Both the position numbers and the translations under genes were made by a program. Positions 19,337-28,804 of a stretch of 64,000 nt of DNA are shown in pieces. This stretch comes from Gammaproteobacteria bacterium (GTDB lineage Bacteria; Pseudomonadota; Gammaproteobacteria; DASZBR01). The stretch spans positions 67,633 to 131,632 of the forward strand of contig DASZBR010000006.1 in the NCBI GenBank assembly GCA_035943935.1, given 5' to 3'. The notes below the pieces were generated by a model. The model did not search any database. It had not been told where the DNA came from and saw nothing but the letters and a program-made list of their open reading frames with translations. How positions within the stretch are numbered: position 1 is the stretch's first letter; each line of letters starts with the position of its first letter.

Positions 19337-21421
19337 GTGAGCATTAAAAAAACCTTTCAATTTGGTGAACACCAAGTCACGTTAGAAACCGGTACAATCG
19401 CACGTCAAGCCACAGGAGCCGTTATGGTTCAGATGGGTGATACGGTGATTTTAGCAACGGTTGTTGTTGATAAGAAAATGAAAGAAGGTATTGATTTCCT
19501 TCCCCTCACTGTTATGTACCAAGAACGTACATATGCTGCAGGCAAAATTCCGGGTGGTTATTTCAAGCGTGAAGGTCGTCCGACAGAAACAGAAACCTTA
19601 AATTCGCGTCTCATCGATAGACCTGTTCGTCCGTTGTTCGCAGAGGGTTTTTATCATGAGATTCAAGTCGTCGTTTCTGTATTATCGTTAGACAAGACTG
19701 TTAATCCTGATATTCCAGCGTTATTAGGCGCTTCAGCGGCATTAGCTATTTCTGGTGCTCCCTTCAATGGTCCTATTGCTGCGGCACGTGTAGGTTACAA
19801 AGATGGCGTATATTTATTGAATCCCAGCGCTGAACAAGTATTAACCTCTGAATTAGATCTCGTGATTGCGGGAACAGAGAAAGCTGTATTGATGGTTGAA
19901 TCTGAAGCCAAAGAATTATCTGAAGAGATTATGTCTGGTGCATTGCATTTTGGTCATCAACAAATGCAAGTGGCGATTAAGGCTATCAAAGAATTTGCCG
20001 GTGAAGTAGGCAATCCGCCTATGACATGGCAAGCACCTATAACGCATGATTTATTAGAAAAAGCGTTACATGAACACGCTCAAAAAGAATTGGATGATGC
20101 TTATTCCAATATTCCAGCAAAAGCAGAGCGTTTAACCAAAATTAATGATCTGCGTAAAAAGACTATTGAGAGTTTAACGAAAGACGAAAAATTTACCGAA
20201 CACATGGTTCGTGCGCATTTCGAAAGTTTAGAAGCAAAAATCGTTCGTCACCGTATTTTAGATAAAAAACCACGTATCGATGGTCGTGATACTGTCACGG
20301 TTCGTCCCATTACGATCCAAACAGGTTTGTTACCCCGTACACACGGTTCAGCGCTATTTACACGTGGTGAAACACAAGCGTTGGTTGTGAGTACATTAGG
20401 AACCGGTCGTGATGCACAGGTGATTGATGCATTAGGTGGCGAGATTAAAGATCAATTTATGTTGCACTATAATTTTCCTCCATACTCTGTGGGCGAAACC
20501 GGTCCGATGACAGGTCCTAAGCGTCGTGAAATTGGCCATGGTCGATTAGCACGTCGTGGTATTCAAGCCGTGTTGCCAACACAAGAACAATTCCCTTATG
20601 TCATTCGCGTGGTTTCTGAAATTACGGAATCAAATGGCTCGAGTTCAATGGCGAGTGTGTGTGGCGCAAGTTTATCGTTGATGGATGCGGGTGTTCCACT
20701 TAAAGCACCAGTTGCGGGTATTGCGATGGGCTTAATCAAAGAGGGCGAGAAATTCGCTATTTTGACCGATATTTTGGGTGACGAAGATCATTTAGGCGAT
20801 ATGGATTTCAAAGTTGCGGGTACTGAGAAAGGTATTACTGCGCTTCAAATGGATATCAAGATTGATGGCATTACCAAAGAAATTATGGAAAAAGCTCTGG
20901 CTCAAGCGAAGACAGGCCGATTACATATTTTGGGTGTGATGAATGCTTCTTTGAGCAAAACCCGTGAAACCATGTCGGATTACGCTCCACGTATTGTAAC
21001 CATCAAAATTAATCCTGATAAAATTCGTGAAGTGATTGGAAAGGGCGGTGCGACCATTCGTGCATTAACTGAAGAAACAGGCACAACCATCGATATTACT
21101 GATGACGGTACAATTAAAATTGCATCTACAGATAATGAAGCTGCACAAGAAGCGATTCGCAGAATTAAAAGTCTTACGTCTGATATTGAAATCGGCGCTA
21201 TTTATGATGGCACTATTTCGAAGTTAATGGATTTCGGTGCGTTTGTAACAATTATGCCGGGTAAAGATGGTTTAGTGCATATTTCACAAATCGCAAATGA
21301 ACGAGTTGAAAAAGTGTCTGATAAATTACAAGAAGGCCAAAAAGTCAAAGTCAAAGTGTTAGAAATTGACAGACAAGGCAAAATTCGTTTAAGTATGAAG
21401 GAGGTCAACCAGGAGGCTTAA
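19337..21421 (+). CDS. pnp: Polynucleotide phosphorylase
   Basis: GTG start. Two RNase PH domains, KH and S1 domains. 694 aa. Confidence 0.95.
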   Translation: MSIKKTFQFGEHQVTLETGTIARQATGAVMVQMGDTVILATVVVDKKMKEGIDFLPLTVMYQERTYAAGKIPGGYFKREGRPTETETLNSRLIDRPVRPLFAEGFYHEIQVVVSVLSLDKTVNPDIPALLGASAALAISGAPFNGPIAAARVGYKDGVYLLNPSAEQVLTSELDLVIAGTEKAVLMVESEAKELSEEIMSGALHFGHQQMQVAIKAIKEFAGEVGNPPMTWQAPITHDLLEKALHEHAQKELDDAYSNIPAKAERLTKINDLRKKTIESLTKDEKFTEHMVRAHFESLEAKIVRHRILDKKPRIDGRDTVTVRPITIQTGLLPRTHGSALFTRGETQALVVSTLGTGRDAQVIDALGGEIKDQFMLHYNFPPYSVGETGPMTGPKRREIGHGRLARRGIQAVLPTQEQFPYVIRVVSEITESNGSSSMASVCGASLSLMDAGVPLKAPVAGIAMGLIKEGEKFAILTDILGDEDHLGDMDFKVAGTEKGITALQMDIKIDGITKEIMEKALAQAKTGRLHILGVMNASLSKTRETMSDYAPRIVTIKINPDKIREVIGKGGATIRALTEETGTTIDITDDGTIKIASTDNEAAQEAIRRIKSLTSDIEIGAIYDGTISKLMDFGAFVTIMPGKDGLVHISQIANERVEKVSDKLQEGQKVKVKVLEIDRQGKIRLSMKEVNQEA

Positions 21422-22707
21422 TGAACACAATGAACTTAAACGCAGTTCGGGTTCCAAAATATCTTCCATGGTTAGTTGTTCTTTCAGCAGCAATGTTTTT
21501 TTTCTACGAATTTATTCAGATGCAGATGTTCAATGCGATCAGTCAGTCGCTTCTGAGTGAATTCCATGTGGGTGCAACAACGTTAGGTTATGTTGCATCC
21601 TGCTTTTTTCTCGGTAATGTCCTCCTTCTTTTTCCCGCCGGTATGTTATTAGATCGATTTTCTACACGTAAAATTATTTTAGCGGCGATGTGGATTACGG
21701 TAATCAGTACAGTATTATTTTCTCAGTCACACTCTATCTTTGCTATTAGCATTTATCATCTTGCTGCAGGTTTTGGTAACGCGTTTTGTTTTTTAAGCAG
21801 CATTCGAATTGCCTCACGTTGGTTTCCCGCAGAAAGAATGGCGCTTGTATTAGGCGTTGTAATTGCATTGGCTATGTTTGGCGGAATGGTTGCGCAAACA
21901 CCGTTGACCTGGTTAATTTCAGAAATGGGATGGCGTAATTCTCTATTAGTTGTATCAGGATTAGGGGTTTTACTGATTATCTTAATTTGGGCTGTGGTGC
22001 GTGATTATCCGCCGGGCCAAGAAGAATTTTATAAAAATCAACGTCAACAATTACGTGAATTGGGTGTGATGAAAAGCGTTTTCTTAGCATTAACCAACTT
22101 GCAAAATTGGTTTTCCGGATTATTTATTAGTTTCTTGAATGTTCCTCTCATGTTATTAGGCGGTTTGTGGGGAAGTTTGTATTTAACAACAGTTGATCAA
22201 GTTACTTCACTTCAATCGTCTTATGTGATTTCTGCGATGTTTTTAGGTGCGATGGCAGGGTTTCCGGCGATTGGTTGGTTTTCCGATAAAATTAAACGCC
22301 GTCGTTTGCCCATGATTATATTCTCTGTGCTTTCAATACCTGTCATGGTAGCGATCATGATGTTACAAAACTTATCGCTGTGGTCATTGGTTCCACTCTT
22401 TTTCGCTTTAGGCTTTTTAAGCGGCGCACAAACCGTCGGTTATCCTGCAATATCTGAAAGCAATGATAAAAGCATTATTGGTACTGCCATGGGATTGTCT
22501 GCGGTATTAATTATGGGTGCCCCCATGATATTCGAACCCCTGTTTGGAAAATTAATGGATAAAAATTGGGATGGAACCGTTGTGAATGGTGCGCATGTTT
22601 ATAATGCAGCGGCGTATCACAGTTCGATGTCGATGTTAGTCATTATCTTAGTGGCGGGATTAGTCGCGTCATTATGTGTCAGAGAAACCTTTGCCCGCGA
22701 GAAATAA
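21421..22707 (+). CDS. MFS transporter (paralog A; possibly the Pht-like family seen in Legionellales)
   Basis: 12 predicted TM helices. LDRFSTRK motif in loop 2-3. Confidence 0.7.
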   Translation: MNTMNLNAVRVPKYLPWLVVLSAAMFFFYEFIQMQMFNAISQSLLSEFHVGATTLGYVASCFFLGNVLLLFPAGMLLDRFSTRKIILAAMWITVISTVLFSQSHSIFAISIYHLAAGFGNAFCFLSSIRIASRWFPAERMALVLGVVIALAMFGGMVAQTPLTWLISEMGWRNSLLVVSGLGVLLIILIWAVVRDYPPGQEEFYKNQRQQLRELGVMKSVFLALTNLQNWFSGLFISFLNVPLMLLGGLWGSLYLTTVDQVTSLQSSYVISAMFLGAMAGFPAIGWFSDKIKRRRLPMIIFSVLSIPVMVAIMMLQNLSLWSLVPLFFALGFLSGAQTVGYPAISESNDKSIIGTAMGLSAVLIMGAPMIFEPLFGKLMDKNWDGTVVNGAHVYNAAAYHSSMSMLVIILVAGLVASLCVRETFAREK

Positions 22708-22710
22708 AAA

Positions 22711-23976
22711 ATGAATACAGGCTTAAAGCCGTGGATAGTTGTCTTTTCTGCAGCACTTTTCTTCTTCTACGAATTCATCCAAATGAACATGATAAGTTCT
22801 TTGGCGCCATATTTGATGCACGACTTTTCTATCGATGCGACAAAATTAGGCAATCTCTCTGCAACGTATTTTTATTCAACCATATTATTTTTATTACCTG
22901 CTGGACAAATTTTAGATAGGTTCTCAACGCGTAAAGTTATTTTAACCGCGTTGTTAATTTGTACCTTAGGCACATATTGTTTTGCAGTGACAGATCAATA
23001 CGAATTAGCTGAGTTGAGTCGATTATTAACGGGTATTGGTAGTGCATTTTGTTTTTTAAGTTGTATTAGATTAGCGTCGCGTTGGTTTCACAACGACAAA
23101 CTCGCATTAGTTTCCGGATTAGTCGTAACAATGGCCATGTTAGGCGGCACGATTGCACAAACACCGTTAACATTATTAATTAATGCCTTAGGCAATTGGC
23201 GTCATGCGATCATGATTGATGCCGGGCTTGGATTAGTATTCTGGATTCTCATCTTTTTCTTAGTTCAAGATTATCCCAAAGACAGTCATCGAACGATTGA
23301 TAACGACCAAGAAGCGTTAGAAAATTATGGCTATTGGCATGCGATGAAAACATCCTATGGGACAGTGCGCAATTGGCTGTGTGGTTTGTATACCTGCTTT
23401 ATGAATTTACCGATATTTTTAATTGGCGGTGGTGGATTTGGAAGTTTATATTTACAACAAGTGAAACATTTATCTCTACTACAATCTTCATATCCTCCCA
23501 TGATGATATTTTTTGGGACGGTGATTGGTTCGCCATTATCGGGTTGGATTTCTGACAAATTGGCTTTGAGAAGATTGCCCATGCAAATTGGTGCCGTATT
23601 AGCCATAATCTTAATGTTTATTTTTATTAATATATCCGCGACGTTGTCCGTTTATGCCATTATGTTTTTTCTGTTGGGTCTTGTGGGTGGCGCGCAAATT
23701 ATTAGTTATCCTACTGTCGCAGAAAGTAATCCTCGCATTATTACCGCAACGTCAGTTAGCGTAGTATCTTTTACAACACTTGCGGGCGGTGCAGTATTTC
23801 AGCCGTTATTTGGTTATGTCATGGATAAAATGGGTGATGTAAAAATCATCAATAATATCCATACTTACTCACCACGCGATTATCATGTGGCGATGATGAT
23901 TATGCCGGCCGCGATGTTGGTTGCTCTCTTTGTTACTTTCTTTATCCGCGAGACACACTGTAAGTCGGTGGATTAA
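22711..23976 (+). CDS. MFS transporter (paralog B, tandem duplicate)
   Basis: Shares with paralog A the N-terminal FFFYEFIQM, the LDRFSTRK motif and overall topology. It begins 4 nt after the paralog A stop. Confidence 0.7.
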   Translation: MNTGLKPWIVVFSAALFFFYEFIQMNMISSLAPYLMHDFSIDATKLGNLSATYFYSTILFLLPAGQILDRFSTRKVILTALLICTLGTYCFAVTDQYELAELSRLLTGIGSAFCFLSCIRLASRWFHNDKLALVSGLVVTMAMLGGTIAQTPLTLLINALGNWRHAIMIDAGLGLVFWILIFFLVQDYPKDSHRTIDNDQEALENYGYWHAMKTSYGTVRNWLCGLYTCFMNLPIFLIGGGGFGSLYLQQVKHLSLLQSSYPPMMIFFGTVIGSPLSGWISDKLALRRLPMQIGAVLAIILMFIFINISATLSVYAIMFFLLGLVGGAQIISYPTVAESNPRIITATSVSVVSFTTLAGGAVFQPLFGYVMDKMGDVKIINNIHTYSPRDYHVAMMIMPAAMLVALFVTFFIRETHCKSVD

Positions 23977-24769
23977 GTAGATTCAAAAAATAGTCCTTTT
24001 CAAAAAATCGAATTTCTTTGGGATCCATTAGGAATGGACTGATATCTGAACGAACTTTTTTGAAGTCTGTTTCTTCGATGCGTTTTTTGAGTAATTCTTT
24101 GAGATTGCTTTTATCCAATGTCCAATCTTTTTTCTCGGTTTGAATAATGGCATTATTTAATAGGTTGAAATTGGGTTCAATTTTTTGGCTAAGATACCAA
24201 ATTAAATCATAATAATCTCGACCCTTCGTATACTTTCGACACAAAACTGCATGCAGTTTTCCGGAAAACAAAGAAGCTGGATCGTAGTGATTAATGCCAA
24301 CCAGAAAATCTTTATTAATAACACTGAGCTGCGTTTGATAACCGTGTGGAGGATTCTGATCGACTTCAAATTTAATAAAAATTTTTTGATCTTCATGAGC
24401 ACTTAAACCGACGGTATGTAGAATATCATTAAATTTTACGGAAGCTGATGCGACAGTTTTTTTGTCTTTATATGTAATAGTCACGTCGAGATTATAAAGT
24501 CGTAAATGGCGTTCAAGATCTTTCATCATGGAGCTAAAGTTATATTTTTTTGGGTCAACAAGACAGAAGTCAAGGTCTTCTGAAAATCGCTTAATGCCAT
24601 AAAGAATTCTAAGCGCGGTGCCGCCTACAAAAGCTAAATTTTTAAAATAACCATTTTCATCAATAATTTTCAAAATCAAAATTTGCAAAAATTCCCGTAG
24701 CTGATTGTATTTCTCTTCGCGGGTATGGAATGGCTTAAGCTTTTGCTGAATGATCTCAATCATGTTCAT
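23942..24769 (-). CDS. Nucleotidyltransferase toxin AbiEii/AbiGii (DUF1814), type IV TA / abortive infection
   Basis: FVGGTALRILYGIKRFSEDLDF, the nucleotidyltransferase motif characteristic of AbiEii. About 275 aa. Overlaps the upstream AbiEi-like gene by 14 nt. Confidence 0.65.
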   Translation of the reverse strand: MNMIEIIQQKLKPFHTREEKYNQLREFLQILILKIIDENGYFKNLAFVGGTALRILYGIKRFSEDLDFCLVDPKKYNFSSMMKDLERHLRLYNLDVTITYKDKKTVASASVKFNDILHTVGLSAHEDQKIFIKFEVDQNPPHGYQTQLSVINKDFLVGINHYDPASLFSGKLHAVLCRKYTKGRDYYDLIWYLSQKIEPNFNLLNNAIIQTEKKDWTLDKSNLKELLKKRIEETDFKKVRSDISPFLMDPKEIRFFEKDYFLNLLNPPTYSVSRG

Positions 24770-25406
24770 GCTCCAATTGTTTAATTAGTAAGTTGACCAG
24801 AATAGTCATTTTATTGATTTTATATTTTTTCGCAATGTGTCGAAGTTTTTTTGTGTCTAACCCTTCTAAATTTTGAAAGCGATACGATTCGGTAAAAATA
24901 TCAGATTTATATTCTCGCTCCCACGGTACTCTGAAATATAAGAAATCAATAATTGCGCGTTCTTTGCTGGCCATATAAACAGAATTTTTAAATTCATCTT
25001 GCACCATCACAAAATCACCAAAATGATTCGGTTCTACGTGATGATAGATAAATTGTCCAAGAGCATTATTAAATTCTTGTGTTTTCTTGCTTGAAATCGA
25101 TGTTGTTGCATAAACACCTTCGGGAATAATATTGTAATAACTCAGCGCTGTTTCTAGGCTGATATAAGAGGGGAGGTATAGTTGGTTAGCGAGATAATAT
25201 TTCGAAAATTTCGTTTCGCGATCTTTTTCTTGTAGCGTATACATGCCGCGCTTTAATGGAACCACATAGCCTTTTTGAATCCACTCGCTGACTTGACGGC
25301 GCAGGGTGGCTACATCTTTAGTGAGGTGCGAGAAGATGCGCCCATGGAAGAAGGGGTAGCTTTTAACCATGTCTCGAAACGCGGCATATTTCAATGGTTT
25401 CTCCAT
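24756..25406 (-). CDS. AbiEi-family antitoxin / transcriptional regulator (type IV TA)
   Basis: N-terminal winged-helix region with the VVPLKRGMYTL motif typical of AbiEi_4. Start at the internal ATG 25406 (MEKPLKY). Immediately upstream of, and overlapping, AbiEii. Confidence 0.6.
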   Translation of the reverse strand: MEKPLKYAAFRDMVKSYPFFHGRIFSHLTKDVATLRRQVSEWIQKGYVVPLKRGMYTLQEKDRETKFSKYYLANQLYLPSYISLETALSYYNIIPEGVYATTSISSKKTQEFNNALGQFIYHHVEPNHFGDFVMVQDEFKNSVYMASKERAIIDFLYFRVPWEREYKSDIFTESYRFQNLEGLDTKKLRHIAKKYKINKMTILVNLLIKQLEHEHD

Positions 25407-25516
25407 ATTACAAAAAAATGTAATATAGGGAATTATAGCGTAATTTGGCTGTTTCGCCAAATAGGCTGTCAGAACAGGCTGAGCTGGTCGCAAATTTCGA
25501 CCACCTTTGAAAAAGA

Positions 25517-26911
25517 CTACATATTCTCCGACGCAAAATCCGCAAGTCTCGAACGTTCACCGCGTGACAAGGTAATATGCGCGCTGTGTTCCCAATGTTT
25601 AAACCTATCTATTGCGTAAGTTAATCCCGAAGTGCGCTCTGTTAAATATGGCGTGTCTATTTGATGTAAATCACCCAAACAAACTATTTTAGTACCAGGA
25701 CCCGCGCGAGTTAGTAACGTTTTCATTTGTTTAGACGTCAAATTTTGGGCTTCATCGATAATTAAATATTTATTTAAAAAAGTTCTGCCACGCATATAAT
25801 TTAATGCTCGAATTTTAATTTTATTGCGTAATAAATCTTGAGTGGCTGCACGTTCCCAGGCATCGCCGTGTGTATTGCTATGCAGTACTTCTAAGTTATC
25901 CATTAATGCACCCATCCATGGCGTCATTTTTTCTTCCTCAGTACCCGGTAAGAAACCAATATCTTCGCCAAGTGGAACGGTTACGCGAGTCATTAATATT
26001 TCGCGGTATCTTGCATGATCTAAAGTTTGTGCTAATCCTGCTGCTAATGTTAATAATGTTTTTCCAGTCCCTGCGGGACCTTGTAATGTCACGAAATCAA
26101 TATCCGGATCCATCAGGACATTTAATGCAAAATTTTGCTCTCGGTTTCGAGCGTTGATACCCCATAAAGTATGCTTTGGCAATTGGTAATCATGCGCGTG
26201 TTGGAATACGACGTAATCATTTTTAATTTCACGCACAAATGCCATGAAAGGTTGTGAGGGATCTTGTAAATATAAACAATCATTGGGAAGCCACGTATTA
26301 ATTTCCGGGCCTTTAATTTTATAGTAGGTCTTGCCTTCTTCTTTCCATGATTCCAGATCTTTGCTGTGTTTATCCCAAAAATCATTCGGCAATACATGAA
26401 TGCCGGTATGTAATTGCGACAAATCTTCTAAAACTTGATCGTTATAATAATCTTCGGCATGAACGCCTAAAATTCCTGCTTTCACTCTGAGATTAATATC
26501 TTTGGAAACCAACGTAACTTTAGTGTGAGGTTTATCTTTTTGAAGAGACAGGGTAATGCCTAAAATAGAATTATCTGCTTTACCGCCGGGTAATATATTA
26601 GGTAAGAGTGAATTGACTTCATTGGTTTGGAAAAATAATTTTCCGCCATTCGTGGGGAGTGATAATCCATCGACGATTTCTTCGTGCGTTTTGCCCGTCA
26701 TGAGTTCATCGAGAAAACGGTTCGTTTGGCGGACGTTAGCTGCCGTTTCCGTCAACCCTTTTTTATTGGCATCGAGTTCTTCGAGAACAACCATAGGAAG
26801 ATAAATATCATGCTCTTGGAAGCGTAATATAGACGTGGGATCGTGCATCAACACATTGGTATCTAAAACAAATAAGCGCTTATCCTTTGCAACTACTTTC
26901 CCTTTTGCCAT
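25517..26911 (-). CDS. PhoH2-type protein: N-terminal PIN domain fused to a PhoH-like ATPase
   Basis: N-terminal FVLDTNVLMHDP (PIN) and a C-terminal Walker A GPAGTGKT PhoH domain. 464 aa. Confidence 0.85.
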   Translation of the reverse strand: MAKGKVVAKDKRLFVLDTNVLMHDPTSILRFQEHDIYLPMVVLEELDANKKGLTETAANVRQTNRFLDELMTGKTHEEIVDGLSLPTNGGKLFFQTNEVNSLLPNILPGGKADNSILGITLSLQKDKPHTKVTLVSKDINLRVKAGILGVHAEDYYNDQVLEDLSQLHTGIHVLPNDFWDKHSKDLESWKEEGKTYYKIKGPEINTWLPNDCLYLQDPSQPFMAFVREIKNDYVVFQHAHDYQLPKHTLWGINARNREQNFALNVLMDPDIDFVTLQGPAGTGKTLLTLAAGLAQTLDHARYREILMTRVTVPLGEDIGFLPGTEEEKMTPWMGALMDNLEVLHSNTHGDAWERAATQDLLRNKIKIRALNYMRGRTFLNKYLIIDEAQNLTSKQMKTLLTRAGPGTKIVCLGDLHQIDTPYLTERTSGLTYAIDRFKHWEHSAHITLSRGERSRLADFASENM

Positions 26912-26914
26912 GTG

Positions 26915-27451
26915 TTAGGTTTTCTCCGGTTCCATTATAGAGTCAAAATTCATATCGTCACAAAATAACATAAAATGTTCACGCCACTCTGAGATAGACA
27001 GATTAACAGAAAATTGAATTTTTATAGTGATAGACAGCATAGGCGTCTCAGTATACCGGGCTTTATAGGTATCTATGTTGATCTCATGGATAAAAATATC
27101 GGGTTGAACTAAGTAGCGCATAATCTGATGAAAGTTCTCAGGATTATCTTCGGCTATGATATAGAGATTGTAGGGGAAGAAATTTTTCTGAGGTGGCTTG
27201 AGGTTAGTGCGCTCCATGAGAATTTGCATGGATTTCTTTTTTGCCAAGGTATTCAATTTGGGTTCAAGTTTGGCGATGACGGCCCACGTTCCGCCGATTA
27301 AAAAGTGTAAATTATGACGATCACCGTGTTGGTAAAGACGCCAATCTAAAATGTCGCATTGATGATGCGCGATAAGGTGTGCAATTTCACGAAGCGTTTC
27401 AGTTTCGCTCGCAAAAATAGCCGCAATGCTTAAATATTGTTTGTCTTGCAT
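26915..27451 (-). CDS. gcvR: Glycine-cleavage-system transcriptional repressor-like ACT-domain protein
   Basis: Two ACT-like halves, about 178 aa from the internal ATG 27451. Divergent from dapA, as in E. coli gcvR-dapA. The ORF-track N-terminal extension overlaps dapA and is rejected. Confidence 0.55.
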   Translation of the reverse strand: MQDKQYLSIAAIFASETETLREIAHLIAHHQCDILDWRLYQHGDRHNLHFLIGGTWAVIAKLEPKLNTLAKKKSMQILMERTNLKPPQKNFFPYNLYIIAEDNPENFHQIMRYLVQPDIFIHEINIDTYKARYTETPMLSITIKIQFSVNLSISEWREHFMLFCDDMNFDSIMEPEKT

Positions 27452-27521
27452 CTGACGATTTCCTTGCTTGTCACGGGGTTGGGAGAGCAGTACTATGCAG
27501 GAAAGTCGGGGAGGGCACAAG

Positions 27522-28400
27522 ATGTTTACAGGCGTAATAACAGCATTAGTTTCACCCATGGACGCCAATGGCGAGATTAACCTCAACAGCCTTGAGAAGC
27601 TGGTAGAACGCCAAATTTCGGCTGGGGTACAAGGCCTGGTCGTTAATGGCTCGACGGGCGAATCGCCCACCGTAACCCCCGAAGAATTCGAGAAAATGGT
27701 CGAAACGGTCGTTAAAAAAGCCGCTAAACGGGTGCCTGTTATTGCCGGGACAGGTTCGAACTCAACCCTCAAAACTATCGAAACCAGCAAGAAGGCCTTA
27801 GCGCTCGGTGTAGACGCCTGCCTCATCATCGCGCCTTACTATAATAAGCCAACCCAAGAGGGCATATACGCCCATTACAAGGCTATTAGCGACAAAGTTC
27901 CCCTGCCTATTATTTTATACAATCATCCCGGAAGAACTGGCTGTAACATTGCGCCTGAAACGACCGGGCGACTTGCTGAGATAGCCAATATTGTTGCGCT
28001 GAAAGAATCCAATATGACGCTATCCCAAATCGATGATTTATTGAACCGGGTTGAAGATAAGATAGATATTTTGACGGGCAATGACGAAGATGCGTTATCT
28101 GCCATGTTATTAGGATTTAAAGGCGTGATTTCTGTCGTGTCTAATGTCGCACCAAAATCCATGCGAGCATTATGTGATGCAGCGCTGGCGGGAAATAGAC
28201 CCTTGGCGCGAAAATTGAATAAAAAATTGCTGCCGTTATATAAAGAAATTTTCTCCGAGAGCAATCCGATTCCCTGTAAGTGGTTGTTACATGACATGGG
28301 ATTGATTCCTGAAGGAATCCGTTTACCCTTGAGCAGTCTTTCACAGAAGCATCATCAAGATTTGAGATCAGCATTTAAATTTGTGGGCGAGGAAGTCTAA
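27522..28400 (+). CDS. dapA: 4-hydroxy-tetrahydrodipicolinate synthase
   Basis: MFTGVITALVSPM N-terminus, the Lys-containing motif, 292 aa from ATG 27522. Confidence 0.9.
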   Translation: MFTGVITALVSPMDANGEINLNSLEKLVERQISAGVQGLVVNGSTGESPTVTPEEFEKMVETVVKKAAKRVPVIAGTGSNSTLKTIETSKKALALGVDACLIIAPYYNKPTQEGIYAHYKAISDKVPLPIILYNHPGRTGCNIAPETTGRLAEIANIVALKESNMTLSQIDDLLNRVEDKIDILTGNDEDALSAMLLGFKGVISVVSNVAPKSMRALCDAALAGNRPLARKLNKKLLPLYKEIFSESNPIPCKWLLHDMGLIPEGIRLPLSSLSQKHHQDLRSAFKFVGEEV

Positions 28401-28559
28401 ATGAAAAAGATTTTAATGTTATTAACGGTATTGAGTTTATCGAGTTGTGCAGCGGTGGGTATTCAGCGTCATGAAAATGATTATGCTCGATTAGCGAATG
28501 TTCAGCCGGTATCAAAAATTCCGCCGGGAAGTCTTCTTTCTCAGCAGGTTCGTCATTAG
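28401..28559 (+). CDS. Small lipoprotein (52 aa), possible BamC/NlpB remnant
   Basis: ATG directly after the dapA stop. MKKILMLLTVLSLSSCA lipobox signal. Too short for the ORF track. E. coli has bamC in this position. Confidence 0.4.
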   Translation: MKKILMLLTVLSLSSCAAVGIQRHENDYARLANVQPVSKIPPGSLLSQQVRH

Positions 28560-28589
28560 AATAGCGCGCGCATGTATGTTCATCTATCC

Positions 28590-28681
28590 GGAGAGGTACC
28601 GAAGTGGCTATAACGGCACCGACTCGAAATCGGTTGGGGGCTTAACGTCCCACGAGGGTTCGAATCCCTCCCTCTCCGCCA
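28590..28681 (+). tRNA. tRNA-Ser (anticodon CGA)
   Basis: GGAGAGG...CCTCTCC acceptor stem, long variable arm, anticodon loop CUCGAAA, TPsiC GGTTCGAATCC, 3' CCA encoded. Confidence 0.85.
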
Positions 28682-28804
28682 GCCTTCGCTTTTGCTACGG
28701 CTGGCAGGCCAGTTGAAAAATATACTGGTACAAAATTTAATAGAACGCTTATTCATGGAAGCGAAGGCTGTTCGCCGAAGTGCGAAGCACGGAGGAGGAC
28801 AGTG

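Noticed and set aside
26915-27829. 304-aa ORF-track frame for the gcvR-like gene extending across the dapA start
   Set aside because: The N-terminal 126 codons overlap dapA on the opposite strand and translate to low-complexity sequence. The ACT-domain protein starts at the internal ATG 27451. Similar upstream extensions were trimmed for rpe, the PEP-mutase-family gene, tsaD, obg, kbl, dapA and the paralog-3 hydrolase.
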